A DNA stretch of 64,000 nt from Mobula hypostoma (GCF_963921235.1 NC_086097.1:74588001-74652000), one strand, 5' to 3'; counted from the stretch's first letter, positions 51,602 to 64,000 are shown. The notes: generated by a model from the letters alone, not told the origin. Made by a program: numbers and translations.

Positions 51602-54490
51602 TAAGACATAAGAGCAAAATTAGGCCAGTTGGCCCATCGTGTTTGATCCACCATTCAATCAGGCTGATTCTATTTTCATTCTCAGCCCCATTCTCTAGCC
51701 TTCTTCCAGTAAGCTTTGACCCCCTTACGAATCAAGAACTTATCATCTCCATTTTGAACATATCCAGTGACTTGGCCTCCACAGCCTTCCGTGGGAATGA
51801 AATCCACAGATTCACCAACCTCTGGCTAAAGAAGCTCTTCCTCGTTTCTATTCGAGATGGAAGTCCTTCTTTTCTGAGGATATTCCCTCTCACTATTGGA
51901 AACCATCCTTTCCATGTTCATTCTACCAGGCCTTTCAATACTCAGCAGGATTCAGTGAGATTTTGCTCTCATTCGTCTAAATTTCAGCAAGTACAGGCCC
52001 AGAACAATCAAATGCTTGCTCCTCATATCCCTTCATTCCTGTGGTTATGTTTGTCAACCTCCTCTGTTCACCTCCCCTCTCCAATGCCAACACATCCTTC
52101 CTTGGATCCGGGGACCCAAAGCTGCTGACAATGCTCCAAAAGTGATCTGAACAATGCCTTTTAAAACTTCAGCAGTACATTCTTGCCTCTATATTTCAAT
52201 CTTCTCGAAATGAATGCTAACATTGCATTTGGTTTCCTTACTTTTACTTAACTGCAAGGTAACTTCTAGGGAATCCTGCACTAGGACTCGCAAATCCCTT
52301 TGTACCTCTAATTTTTGAATTTGCACCCAGTTTAGAAAATAGTCCACGCTTTTATTCCTTCTAGTAAAGTGCATGACCATTCAGTTTCCTTCACTGCATT
52401 GCATATGCCACTTCTTTGTCCATTCTCTTAATCTGTCGTTCATTCTGCAGACTTCCTCCTCAACCCTACCTGATTCTCCACCTACCTTTATATCATCCGT
52501 ACACTTATCCACAAAGCCATCAGTTCCATCATTCAGATGATTAACATATGATATGAAAAGTAGTGGACCCAACATCAGCCACTGTGGAACATCACTAGAC
52601 ACTGGCAAAAAATCAGGAAATGATCCCTTTATTTCCATTCTTTGCCATTTACTAGTCACCCAGTCTTCTTTCCACGCTAACACCTTTCCTGTAATGTCAT
52701 GGGCTCCTATCTTGTTTAGCAGCCTTGTGTGGCACTTTGTCTGAGGCCTTCTGAAAATCCAAGTAAGTAACATCCACTGACTCTTGTTTGTCTATCTTAC
52801 CTGTTATTTCCCCAAAGAATTCCAGCAGATTTGTTGGGTTAGATTTCCTCTTAAGAAAACCATGCTGACTTTGACGTGTTTTAACATGTGCCTCCAAGTA
52901 CAGTCAGCCCTCCTTATCCGCGAGTTCCACATGCGCAAATTCAACCAACCGCGAAACAAGAAAACCTGGAAGTGCTCTTCCAGCACTTGCTGTTGGAGCA
53001 TGCACAGACTTTTTTTTTCTTGTCATTATTCCCTAAGCAATGCAGTATAACAACTATTTTACATAGCATTTACATTGTATTAGGTATTATAAGTAATCTA
53101 GAGATGATTTAAAGTATACGGGAGGATGTGCGTAGGTTATCATGGATCGGGATTGAAAAAAAACCGGATGTTCTCTTACTAAGTAAGTAGGAACAGGTAC
53201 ATCTGGTATTATTTAGCGTCAGTTAGTCAAACGGTTGTCTTAGTGTATAGTATATATTTTACCTTTCTATACATATAAAATACTTAAGAAACGCATGTTT
53301 CAGCGCCGGGCTCGGGAACAGAAGTTCCCGAGTTCAATCCAGTGACAGATCGCTCTCGAACACACTTTTCATCCGTGCTGGGTTGATGTGGAGGATCAAA
53401 AACCCAATAATTAAACCATTGCGTTGCTTAGTAATAATTGTAGCTTTAATCAGGCAGGGCCTTTCTCATCTTATCCTTTAAAATTGTTCCGATCATTGAC
53501 CGACTGTAGCCTACCGCTTTTCCAATGACCGATAGCGTTTCACATCTTTCTGATTGCTTTATTATTTCCACTTTATTTTAAATGGCGATCGTGATCATTT
53601 TCGTGAAAGAAACACTGCGGATTCAGAGCTCCGCCGCCAGGTCCTAATGCCCACCGCACTAAGACAGGTTAAATAGGGTTTGGGGTTCCGCTGGGTCCTA
53701 AGGTCCACCACATTGAGACAGGTTGAATAAGGGACTTGAGCATCCGCGTTTTTTGGCATCCGCGAGAGGTCCCAGAACTAGTCCCTTGCGGATAAGGAGG
53801 GCCGACTGTACTCTGAGATCTCATTCTTAATAATGGACTCTAAAATCTGAAGTCAAGGCTAACTGGCCTATTATTTCTTGTTTTTTGGCTTCCCTCCCTT
53901 CTTAACGAGTGGAGTGACATTTGTGATATTTCTAGTCCTCTGAAACTATTCCAGAATCAAGTTCTTCTTGAAGTATCATCACTAATGCCTCCACAATCTG
54001 TTCAGCTACCTCCTTCAGAAACCTAGACAGTAGTCCATTTGGTCCAGGTGACTTAACCACCTTCAGACCTTTCAGCTTCCCAAGCACCTTCTGCTTTGTA
54101 ATGGAAACTGCACTTACTTATGCATACTGTCTCTCTCAATTTTTTGGCTTGTTGCTGGTGTCTTCCACAGTGAAGTTTGATACAAAATACTTAGTTTGTC
54201 CACCGTTTTTTTCCCCATTACTGTACTAGATCTCTGGTGTCATTTTCCAGTGGACAAATGTCTACTGTTGCTTCTCTTTTATTCTTGTATATCTGAAAAA
54301 ACTTTTACATTATTGCCCAGTTTACTTTCATATTTCATCTTTACTCTCCTTTTTGTTTTTTTTTTAAGTTACCTTCTGCTGGTTTTTAAAAGCATCCCAA
54401 TCCTCTAGCTTCCCACTAATTTTTCTTAAATGCCCTCTTTTTTGCTTTTATGCTGTCTTGACTTTCCTTGTCTGTCATGGCTACCTTCGT
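51602..54490 (-). mobile_element. Degenerate CR1 LINE ORF2 and 3' end, split by a Tigger-like element
   Basis: RQSQHGFLKRKSNPTNLLEFF...TYLDFQKASDKVPH and SDVPQWLMLGPLLF remnants; 3' terminus taagacataagagc. Confidence 0.88.
52901..53808. mobile_element. Non-autonomous Tigger-like (MER2-group-like) DNA transposon
   Basis: Terminal inverted repeats cagtcagccctccttatccgc / gcggataaggagggccgactg (20/21) with TA duplication at 52899-52900 and 53809-53810. Confidence 0.9.
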
Positions 54491-54559
54491 TGAAAACTTA
54501 GCACAATCATTGCTAATTTTCTGCTAGAAGTGATATTTCTCTGCAGTTTTTTAATTGAA

Positions 54560-54860
54560 AAGATTAACTTTGTCACTTGTATATTGAAACATACAGTGAA
54601 GTATGAAGTCTTTGATCCCAATGACTAATAGTCTGAGTATGTACTGGTGGCTCCCCGCCAGTGTTGCCATGCTTCCTGTGTCAACGTAGCATGTTCACAA
54701 TTTACTAATCCTAACCTGTACTACTTTTGAATATGGGAGGAAGCTGTAGCACTTGGAAGAAACCCACATGGTCACAAAGAGGATGTACAAGCTCCAGCAA
54801 TGGGAATCGAACCCTGATTACTGCTGCTGTAATAGTACCATGCTAACCGCAATGATACCC
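54560..54860 (-). mobile_element. V-SINE-like tRNA SINE
   Basis: Antisense head tgctaaccgc and gggaatcgaaccc (B box); core ggaagctgtagcacttggaagaaacccacatggtcac. Confidence 0.7.
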
Positions 54861-57800
54861 TATTGCCCTCTAGCTCTATCATACACATTTAAGGTATCTT
54901 AACATCTACTCAAACTAATACTTTAATATTTTTTTTAAATCTCTGTCATGTCCTTATAAGTGGCTCTGCCAGTTTTCTCCATTTGAGGTCTACTAACTGG
55001 CTTTCACTGCACCATCTGTCAAACCTCAGCGTCGATGACCACTTGCTGCAAACAAAACTAGTTGCTTTGCTATGGCTGATCCAAATATTTTCATGAAACA
55101 AATGCTCATAGTTGTGTACTTCATTGAGCTAACAATATTATTAACGAATCTTTATGAATTGTTTTAAGTTTTTGGCTGCCTATTTGAGTGGCCAGTAACT
55201 ATTGGCATGCTCCTATTTTTCATGGTAACTGTGCGGGAGAAGACTTGGCTACAATTTGCCAAAACCCACACCTACATTAAACTTGTTTATATTCTGCTGA
55301 ATTTTAAAACTCTTAAGTTTATAAATTTTTGTTTCATGGTCTTTTAGCATGAACTGTTTCCAATTATGTTTTTTTTCTGGAATTTTCCTTTTACTTGTCC
55401 AAATAGTTTCTTCTACTTGTTCATCTCTGCCTTTCAAAACCACTATGAATGTCAGGCTATCAGAAATTATATTTCCAAATACTGCCTGAAACTTCTGTTT
55501 TAGTTGCATTTCTGTTGTGGTAATGTTTGCTTGTCATGCATCGTGCATTTCTTCCCAGTGGAGAATGTAACATGGCATAAGTTTTAATGCAGATTATTCA
55601 GGAGTGTTAGAAGTATTTCATTGTTTCAATACCATTATGAATAAAGAACAGATTATTTTCTGAAAAGTGATAGGAATTGAACAAAAATATTCAAAAATCT
55701 CAAAGGGCAGAGGTGAAATAAAAAGTTGAATAAGATCCAGTTTAAAGTATTGACCTCTTTCCCTTTTGGTTACTGACCAATGTGCCATCAGTTTTAGCAA
55801 TTCCTGTTTTATTTCATCTTTTATTTGTTACCTTTCCAATTGGAATATGGTGTGAGGTTGATTTCTCCAAACCTTACTTGGCAACAAGCAATTGAACGAA
55901 GTTTCCAATCTCTCTTTTAAAAAAAAAAATCTCCTAATTTAGCAAACATGTATTATAATGGAATGAATCTTTTTCAAATCCTCCTGAAATTATAGCATTA
56001 AACATTTGGTTTATGTTGCTGAGAGGAAAATTCATCTGTATTTGCTGAATTTTGAAAATACTCTATTGTCACTTAATCTTTTAAATCCATTTCTATTGAG
56101 GGGATATATGTATATTGACTACATACTTGATGTTGGATATTGGTGTAGTTTTATTTTGTGCTAAAATGTTCTTGCTCTTAACAGTAGATTTGTAACACTT
56201 ACCAAAAATTGCAAATTGTGCCCGACTTTTTGCAGTTGACCAAAAGGGTTTGCGCATTCATTATTTTTTAATTAATGATTTTCTCTGTTATGTATAATTA
56301 ATGTCTTGTGTACATCTTAGCATTTCTTTTATTACTTTATCAGGTTTCTGGAACCTCACAAAAACTAATACAGTTTTAAGGCCCTGATGGGAAGAACTCC
56401 TGCCACTCTTTACAGTGCCTGCAAAATATATTTTCTGTGTCCGATCAGTGTGCTATACTCTGGGGGCTTTGTGATAGGAATGGCAGGAAATCACGCTTCA
56501 AGACATAACGGATTGACTAGGCCATCCATCATTTGTTAGCATGCGTTGAGCTGCTTGGTTTCTGTGCAGGGGCTTGTGATTTAGTAAATACTTCAGAGAT
56601 GAATAGAGCTGCTCACATGGGAAGCTATCACTGTCCTTCAGTGGGCTAAGACACAGATTCATGCTGAGAAGGACGTCCAGCGGCAGCTCATCAGTAACTG
56701 GTCTGTCACAGTTGGTGGTGCCCACCGACCATTCACAGTATATTAAATGCATCTTTAATATCTGCTTGAGTAGATTTAATGAAGAAAATTCTGTTTCTAT
56801 ACACTAACTACAGTTTCCCCTTGTGTTTTATGCATGGAAATGCAGTTAGCATTGTGGCACTGCAACACAAATGCATTGCAGTAGCTTCAGGACAAAAATA
56901 TATTTTTATGGTTCTATCTTCCATACAGGAATAGCTCTGTCATGCTAAATATTTCCATGGGTAATTTGAAGATTTTTTTTTGTTTTCTGGAATAAGAAAA
57001 TTGGAAATTCAGAAGTAAATTGCATTATATGATATGCGCAATGGCCAATAATTGTATCATCTTAAGTGATAATTTGTGTGTCTGAAATACTCTTGCAAAT
57101 CTTTTCCACTGCATTTTATTTTGGTGAAATAAAGCTTTTTTATTATTTAGTGACATCTAAATCATTGAAAAATTAACATTGATCCTTGAAAGCTTGGCTT
57201 TTTGGAAACTGATTAATTTCTTTGTGAATTGATATGTTTGCCACTTTACTGTTTTTTGTCAACGATAAATTTTAAAGTCTATGTTAAATGAATAATGTAC
57301 TTCAAGATTAATCTGAATGCGTGATCTCAATAGGTCAGATTAATTCTGCAAAGTTACATTTGGAGGCTAGTTTGTGTATATTTTTGTTTATTGCGATATT
57401 TAGAAATAAACAATACTTGACGTAATAATATTTTCCAAAACTGAGAACTCAACACTTTATACTCAATTATGTATATGATCTAATTTTTAAAACAGTGAAC
57501 TCCAATGTAAAGTACTTTACAATCAATTTAAAATAGGAAGAGCATTTATAGAGATAATGGTGTATTAAAAGTGAACCTTGAAATGCAAATAATTTTCCAT
57601 ACTTCAATAGCTTTGTCTAGTTTTTCCAGAATAACTTATGAAATGTAAATTTATTTCTACCATATAATTTTAGGTAAGGTCATGTGCCAGCACATACAAC
57701 TGAAAGCCAATGTTCCTCAGCTGTGAAGTATACGTAACACAGATGTTGGGGTGTCATCTGTCAACTATGCTACCCTACGGAGTTAAAAGTTCCAGAGGGA

Positions 57801-60800
57801 AAAGAATTCGACACAGTGCTGTCACTGTTACCCTTTTGCATTTCGACAGCATGCAAATTGTGCACCTCCTGCTTAGCTGCACCATCCTGTCTAGTGTCTA
57901 CAGAGCTGGAATGGAAAGAGCGCATCTAGGACTCTGAGTAGTGACAAGGGTACTGATATACTGGAGATTTGAATTGGAGATTGTCTGTAGTCAGATTTGG
58001 TAAAGCTCCCAGTGGTGTTGCACAAATTCCCGCAGGTTTCTGTCCCAGGCGAGGCCTGTTCAGTCCTTTTCAGCCCCTTGAATGAAGTTTGATCTGAAGA
58101 TACCCTGCCTGTAAAACTGCATTCAGTTCATTTTGCATACATCCCCTGAGTCCAACTGGCAGATGCTTTACTCTTCGAAATATTTAAAAGAAAGTGTGGA
58201 GCAAGAGATAGCAGGAGCTCTGTGTACAGTCCCAGAACGTTTTGGAAATGGCTAATATGCAGTTTTCATCAGTGCTTAGGCGGGGCACAATATGGTACCT
58301 GTGGTTCACTGGGGAATATGAATGTTGATTAAGCATGCTTTCAGGCTTTGAAATTCTGAAGTAGTGTCAGAATAATGGATGTTGAGCAAATGTCAAGCAT
58401 TTGTTAATTTCTCTGTTATTTGGGGTTTATCTACCATGATCAATCAAATAAACTAGTGCTTTTCTGTTGTGGCATGTGCCATTGATATGGTGATCAGCTA
58501 GCTGTAAAGGCCATTGTTTTCCTTGCTGCAGGAAAGGCAATGTATATTCAGACTGAAGATGATAACATTTTTTTGAAGCAGAAATAGTCTATTAATGCAT
58601 TTAATTTTCAGTGCAGTGAAGCTATTTGCAAAAGTGTTCTTTCAAATTTTTACCATGTAATTTCATTTATATTTTTTAAACAATTCAGCAATTCGTAATT
58701 TGTGTTTAATTTCAAATGTGTTATTTCACAGTAATCTTTAGAAATTAATGTGAAATGTTAAATGAACAATTTAATCATACAGATAAAATATAACCACTGT
58801 GTTGAAGAAGTCTTGGATTTTACTTTTGACTTGAACATTCAAGCTTGTATTTCTCTATATCCATGCCCATTTGTGGTTTAACCATCAATTTAAAATATTT
58901 TCCCTTCAAATTCAAAGCAAATTTGAAAGAAGCATGAAGATAATTTTCAATGAAATGTGAACCCAGTTATCTTTATTAGACCCTTTGTTGTTCAGTTAGT
59001 CATGATAGGGCACTCACAGTTTGTGGCTGGGATATCAAAAGGAGTGAAAGCCTTTCTTCGTGATGAAGAGGCTCATGTATTTTTTGTGGATATTTATTAT
59101 TAGTCATTTTGACTAATAGCCTGCCTAATTAAGAACTGAATCTTAAAGACCTAGGAGCTACATTCCCTGTTCCGTAGTGATTTAGTTGGACTCAGCCCAT
59201 TCATTGATAACAGTTCTTTGGGAAAGACGATAAATCAATCAGGAATTCCATTATTCATTGACTTTTGTTAGAAACACCCAGTTTTAGGTGTAAGTATGGA
59301 TATTCTTTCTGGGCATATTGCAATTCTTGGGATACACTGAATTGAATAATTTCAGTTAGCCACCTTCTTGATCCCTTCTTTTGCTTTATCTCCGCATATG
59401 TGGTTGTTCCTCTATATTTTCCTGTCTTTCACTGTTCCCTGACAGTTTTGGTCTTTATCCTATCATAAGCATCCTCTCTGGTCCCTCTGCCACTTCCTCT
59501 CCCTGCAACAGCTAGTTTTCTCAATTTCCAATTTTGGTGAGGGTTCCTGATATGAAACATTGGAACTATTTCTTTTCTCAGCAATTACTACTGGACCTGA
59601 AGAATGCTGTCAGCACCACCTGTTTTGTTTTAGATTTCCAACATCTCTGTTGCAAGGATCAGGATGCCGGATGCAGATACATTTGGACGAGAATAAAATT
59701 AATTTCACACATAGCCCCATTCAACTATCTCCATTGGAATAGTTTGTATATGTGTGAGGAAAGGATGCAAATAGGCTGCAGGGAAGTGTATGGGGTAGGT
59801 AATGTGTCCTGTAGTGAACTTGTGCTTTTACAAAGGAAAGAAAAACATTGAGGTAGGAGATCAATGCAATGTGAGCACAACTATAAATATTTTATAATCC
59901 TAACTGATTGTCTTGCATGTAATATAATCTTTAAGAAAATCTTCAGACAATGAGAACTCCTAATATTGGCGTATAAAACATGTCTCTGTAGAACCTGAAA
60001 GGGAACAAAAGGGAAATTTTAACTTTGTAGTCGCTTCAGGTGAATAAACTTATCGCTGTCTTCAAGAATTACTATTTTTATGTTATGTGAGATGACAATA
60101 GTTTCCAATCTTTGCATTATTGAGATCAAGAAGGTAAAGTGGTTCCTTGGTAACATTACTGCAGATATGTATTAGAGCCATCTCTGAATCAATTCATAAT
60201 TTCCCCTTCAAGAGCATAGTTAAGCACAGCCATTTGCATTAAATGCACCCAAATGCAAAATGCATACTTAGAGTAGCAGCAGGAGCCTCATTTTCTCAGC
60301 AATAATTTACTCCATGTAGATAGCCCAGTGGTGTTTTCATAATAAATTGCTTGTGAGTCATAGAGTTTTCAATGAAGCAGGTTTTAAGTACAGGAAAGCT
60401 GCTATTAACCTTCCTTTTGGGTGAAGCATCATTTATAAATTTTAGTTTAACTTTTACAAATGCATTTATGGAGTACATGTAATTGAAGTAAATTTGTTTT
60501 TTAAATTATTTGCAAATATTTCTCTTGTTTTGCATTATTTGCAGATCCGAATCTCTTGTACATTAAAGCTGCAAACACTACCATAGTATGAAATAGGCTT
60601 TAAGGAATGGAGCAATATAATTATTTGGGGTGAAGTATATTTATGCCATTAAACTAGTGATCGTTTCTTGGCTTGAGTTTTACTACATGATTTTACTTTA
60701 TGTTGCAGAACATTAAATAGAAGGGTGCAACTTTTATATCCCAGAAATAATATAGTAACTTAAATTGCATTCAGTATAGTGGGTGGAGAGCTTTGTTCCA

Positions 60801-62628
60801 AACCGGCAAGCATTGATTTTACAATTGTTAATTCTCTTGTGTGACCACTGCCGTTAGTAAGAAAATAGAACTTATAAAAAGTGGTTGAACTAAACCCATC
60901 TCTAATGTCTTTGTTCTCTTCATTATATTTAGGATTAGGCCTAGGTGTCTCAGCCCTTCAAATGTATTCTGTTATTCAATGATATCTTGGCTTAACTGCA
61001 TCCACCTTCTTTTGTTCCCAACCTTTTCCCTTGCAAAGTATGTGGATCTGATTATGAAATGACTCAGCAACTGCTTTTTGGAGGGTATGACTTCAACACA
61101 AATGCCATTCCTTGCAAGAAGATACGTATTTGAAATTCTCTTCTGGATGGCCTAACTTTGATAAAAAGTTTGCTTTTTTTGTATTTGTACAGTGTATTCC
61201 ATTCAAAATTTTAGAAGCTTTAATCAAATTATTTCTTAGAGAACAGAATCTCTTTTAACTTATTTTAAAATCTGAAAGGGCCTACATGGAGGAAGGAAAT
61301 ATATTTTCACTAATAAAATCCAGTTTTGCAATTACCAAATGTTAATTAGTGTGTTTATTACTGAAATTCTGATCAAACAAGTTAATTAAAAGTAGCGGGG
61401 CAGGGGATGTTGTGAAATTAGGCCTAAACAAAAAAAAATCAGTTTTTGCTGGAGATCAATTTAACCTGTAAACATAATGAGTAGTGATTTTCAAAAATGT
61501 TTGTATTGGTCAAATGGAAACTGGATGTGCCACACCCCTAAGCTTGCAAACTGTCAAACAGTTAGAGTGTATTCAAGCACTTCAGGTGAACATGTTATTT
61601 AAAAAAACTGTAAAGGTTAGAATTTAAAGAAAACACTCAAGCACTTGGAAGTACTTAAAATGATTAAATTGCTTTAAATTTACCTCTTTACCTTACACCC
61701 ATTCATCTTCATTGAAACGAACAGAATGACTGAATCTGCGTTAGGTCAAACCTGGCACAGGTTCAATAGATATATTACGCAACGTAATTGCTGGGAAACT
61801 GCAGGAAGCTGGCACTTAATGTCAAAATGGTTGGGAGAATAGGAGTGAAAACTTGTTGGGCAGTTAGAAAGCCGGCACTTCCACTTCATCTTCTGGCATT
61901 TTTCAGAAAAACTTAGACCATTGTATGCAAACTTCTAGATTATTTCACAAATTAAAAATAGTGGAACATAATTTTTAATACCGAGAATAACCTGCCTCTA
62001 TCAAAGTTCTGAGAAACAAAAATGTACATGAATGTCGGTAAAATAAGAGATTTCTAAAGCAATGAAGTATCAAGATTAATGTTGTGACCCACTTTACATC
62101 AGAAATTGTGTTGAGCTACACTAGTAGAATGGTGATTTATCTTTGTAGTCATTTGTGGTATGATGCTCAAACATTAATCCTCTAATTTAGTCAGCTAGGG
62201 CACAGCATCTTTGTTAATAATGTTTTGAAACCAAATAGTGACGCATCATCTGAACACAAGACAAAACTGCAGATGCTAGAAAAGCAAAATAAAAATGCTG
62301 GAAAATCTCTGCATATCAGACAATATCTGTGGAAAGAGGTGCTTATATTTTCCACCATTTTCTGGTTTTATTTATCATCGAAACACCAGTTTATCCAGGG
62401 ACGTCTCAGCCGATAATGATATGTTTGAGTACTTGCAAAAACAGAGGTGAACTGTGGCAGCACTTTCTTTAACAAATATATTATAGAATATGATGCTAGA
62501 TAAAACCTGAATATTGGCTGAATTATTGTTGCTGGCATTATGGTCCCTGAAGATTTAAATTGCAGGATAGGCATTCTTGGAAGTAACCCTCTCTCACTAC
62601 TCCCCCTCTGTGCCTCATCTTTTTTTTC

Positions 62629-62722
62629 TCCAGTCCTGCTGAATGATCTCGGTCTGAAATGTCGACTGAGTCCATAGATGCTGCCTGGCCTGCTGAGTTC
62701 CTCCAGCATTTTGTGTTTGTTA
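62629..62722 (+). repeat. Penelope-like pseudo-LTR copy, hammerhead core mutated
   Basis: cagtc-ctgctga-atgatctcggtct-gaaatgtc-gactg followed by tccatagatgctgcctggcctgctgagttcctccagca; stem I (cagtc/gactg) is intact. Confidence 0.8.
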
Positions 62723-63045
62723 TTTTTGGTTAAAACTTATCTGGTGCATTGATGCCCTTCAAAGAAGCAAAATCAATCATTCTTGCCCAGTCTGGTTGTG
62801 CATGCTTCCATTCCTGCTGAAGTGTTTCATTCTCATTTGCCTCATTTCAAATTGCAAGAGATGTCCTCATCACATGAGGTAATGTGTATTAAATAATAGT
62901 TTTTATAGTTGCAGCCTTGGCCAACTAACACAGTTACCTGAAGATTTTTTTCTCAGAGAGTATTTACCAAGCAGCAGAAAATTGCTGGAAGTGCTCAATG
63001 GGTCAACCAGCATCTGTGAAGCTTAAAGGGACATGTCAATATTTT

Positions 63046-63410
63046 CTTCTTCTTCTCTGTCTTGTTTTACGGCAGTTGGCACCCAGCTTAACGGTGCATT
63101 ACTGCCACCTTCTGCTCCGGCGTCTGCAATAGACTTGCACTCTAAATCCCTTTACCCAATCACACATACACACATATCCTAACCTACACTTTATTCTCCC
63201 ATCTTTGGCCATCCTAGTACCCTATTCCTGCTTATCCATCATATCCTATAAAAAAAACCCCTGTACCCCTTAAGAAAGCTAAAAATACCCTGACCTGTGC
63301 TCTCTCACCCATGCCCAGCAACCCTTTTAATGGGAATTCCTGCACCCCATTTCCCTTAGATTAATTCTCATCATCTTTGTCATATCCCATATGTCCTGCA
63401 ACTCCGAACT
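63046..63410 (-). mobile_element. 3' fragment of an I-group (Nimb-like) LINE
   Basis: Perfect 15-bp TSD acatgtcaatatttt (63031-63045, 63411-63425). Minus strand ends ggtggcagtaatgcacc...tgccaactgcc...(gaa)n. Clade assignment is from recalled 3' end style. Confidence 0.7.
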
Positions 63411-63499
63411 ACATGTCAATATTTTGATCTTGGTATTGGTTTATGATTATACCAAAATACAGTGAACAGCTTTTGTTTATCATGCCATATATATCTACA

Positions 63500-63740
63500 C
63501 TTAAGTAATAAAAGACAAGCAGAATGTAGAATATGGTATCGAAGTTGGAGAAAATGCATTGCAGGTAGATAAAGTGCAAAGGCCATGATGTGGTAAATTG
63601 GGAGATCAAGCATTTATCTTTAAGCATATGGAAAGTCCATTCAAGAGCCTGATAACAGCAGGCTAAAGCTGCCGTTGAGCTTTTCCATCTCTCACCTGAT
63701 GGGATAGAGAAAAGAGACAATGACCAGGGTGGAAAGTGCA
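63500..63740 (-). mobile_element. Old Rex/Babar-like 3' fragment
   Basis: aagtgcaaaggccatg...gtccattcaagagcctgataacagc is homologous to 32570-32830. Confidence 0.55.
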
Positions 63741-64000
63741 TCAAAGGCTATTGCAGATGGCATCATTTCATTAGCTTCTGTTCAAAGCATACATTCAGGA
63801 CAAGGTCCTGTATCTGAGTGTTTTTTTCCTGCTTAGTCTACCCAGCATCATTGGAGCAAACCACAATTAATTTAATATTGGTCTAATAGTTACCACATTC
63901 ACAACAGCCTCAGGCACAGACAAAGATGCAACCAAAACCACACTCTTGTTGAGGATTCTTATTGGGCACCAGTAACATGTCACAAAAGTTGAATGATGCT

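Noticed and set aside
1..64000. CRISPR arrays, operons, rRNA genes or other prokaryotic systems
   Set aside because: No regularly spaced repeat-spacer array, no gene-dense organisation and no rRNA-like sequence; the window is vertebrate intergenic and intronic DNA.

Overview
Vertebrate (eukaryotic) genomic DNA, not prokaryotic. The repeat families (abundant CR1, Rex/Babar, L1, Penelope-like pseudo-LTRs, V/HE1-type SINEs) suggest a cartilaginous fish, probably a ray (inference). One host-gene feature is recognisable: the CpG-rich promoter and first coding exon (21010-21110, +) of CDIN1/C15orf41. The rest of the window appears to be intron 1 (exon 2 not found by eye) and upstream gene desert. 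Most of 5.5-55 kb is a mosaic of decayed and often nested transposable elements, many with readable target-site duplications (TSDs): CR1, L1, Rex/Babar, a Nimb/I-like fragment, RTE-related elements, two Gypsy elements, four Tigger/pogo elements and Penelope-like elements (PLE). The most notable items are (i) a family of short, TSD-flanked PLE-derived insertions that carry a minimal type I hammerhead ribozyme motif, (ii) a deleted class I endogenous retrovirus with paired LTRs and a tRNA-Pro primer-binding site, (iii) a tRNA SINE that shares its body and tail with RTE-like non-autonomous elements, and (iv) TE-poor blocks that may be conserved enhancers of the CDIN1-MEIS2 region. Nearly all ORF-track entries are TE remnants or noise. 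Boundaries that lack a stated TSD or terminal repeat are approximate.
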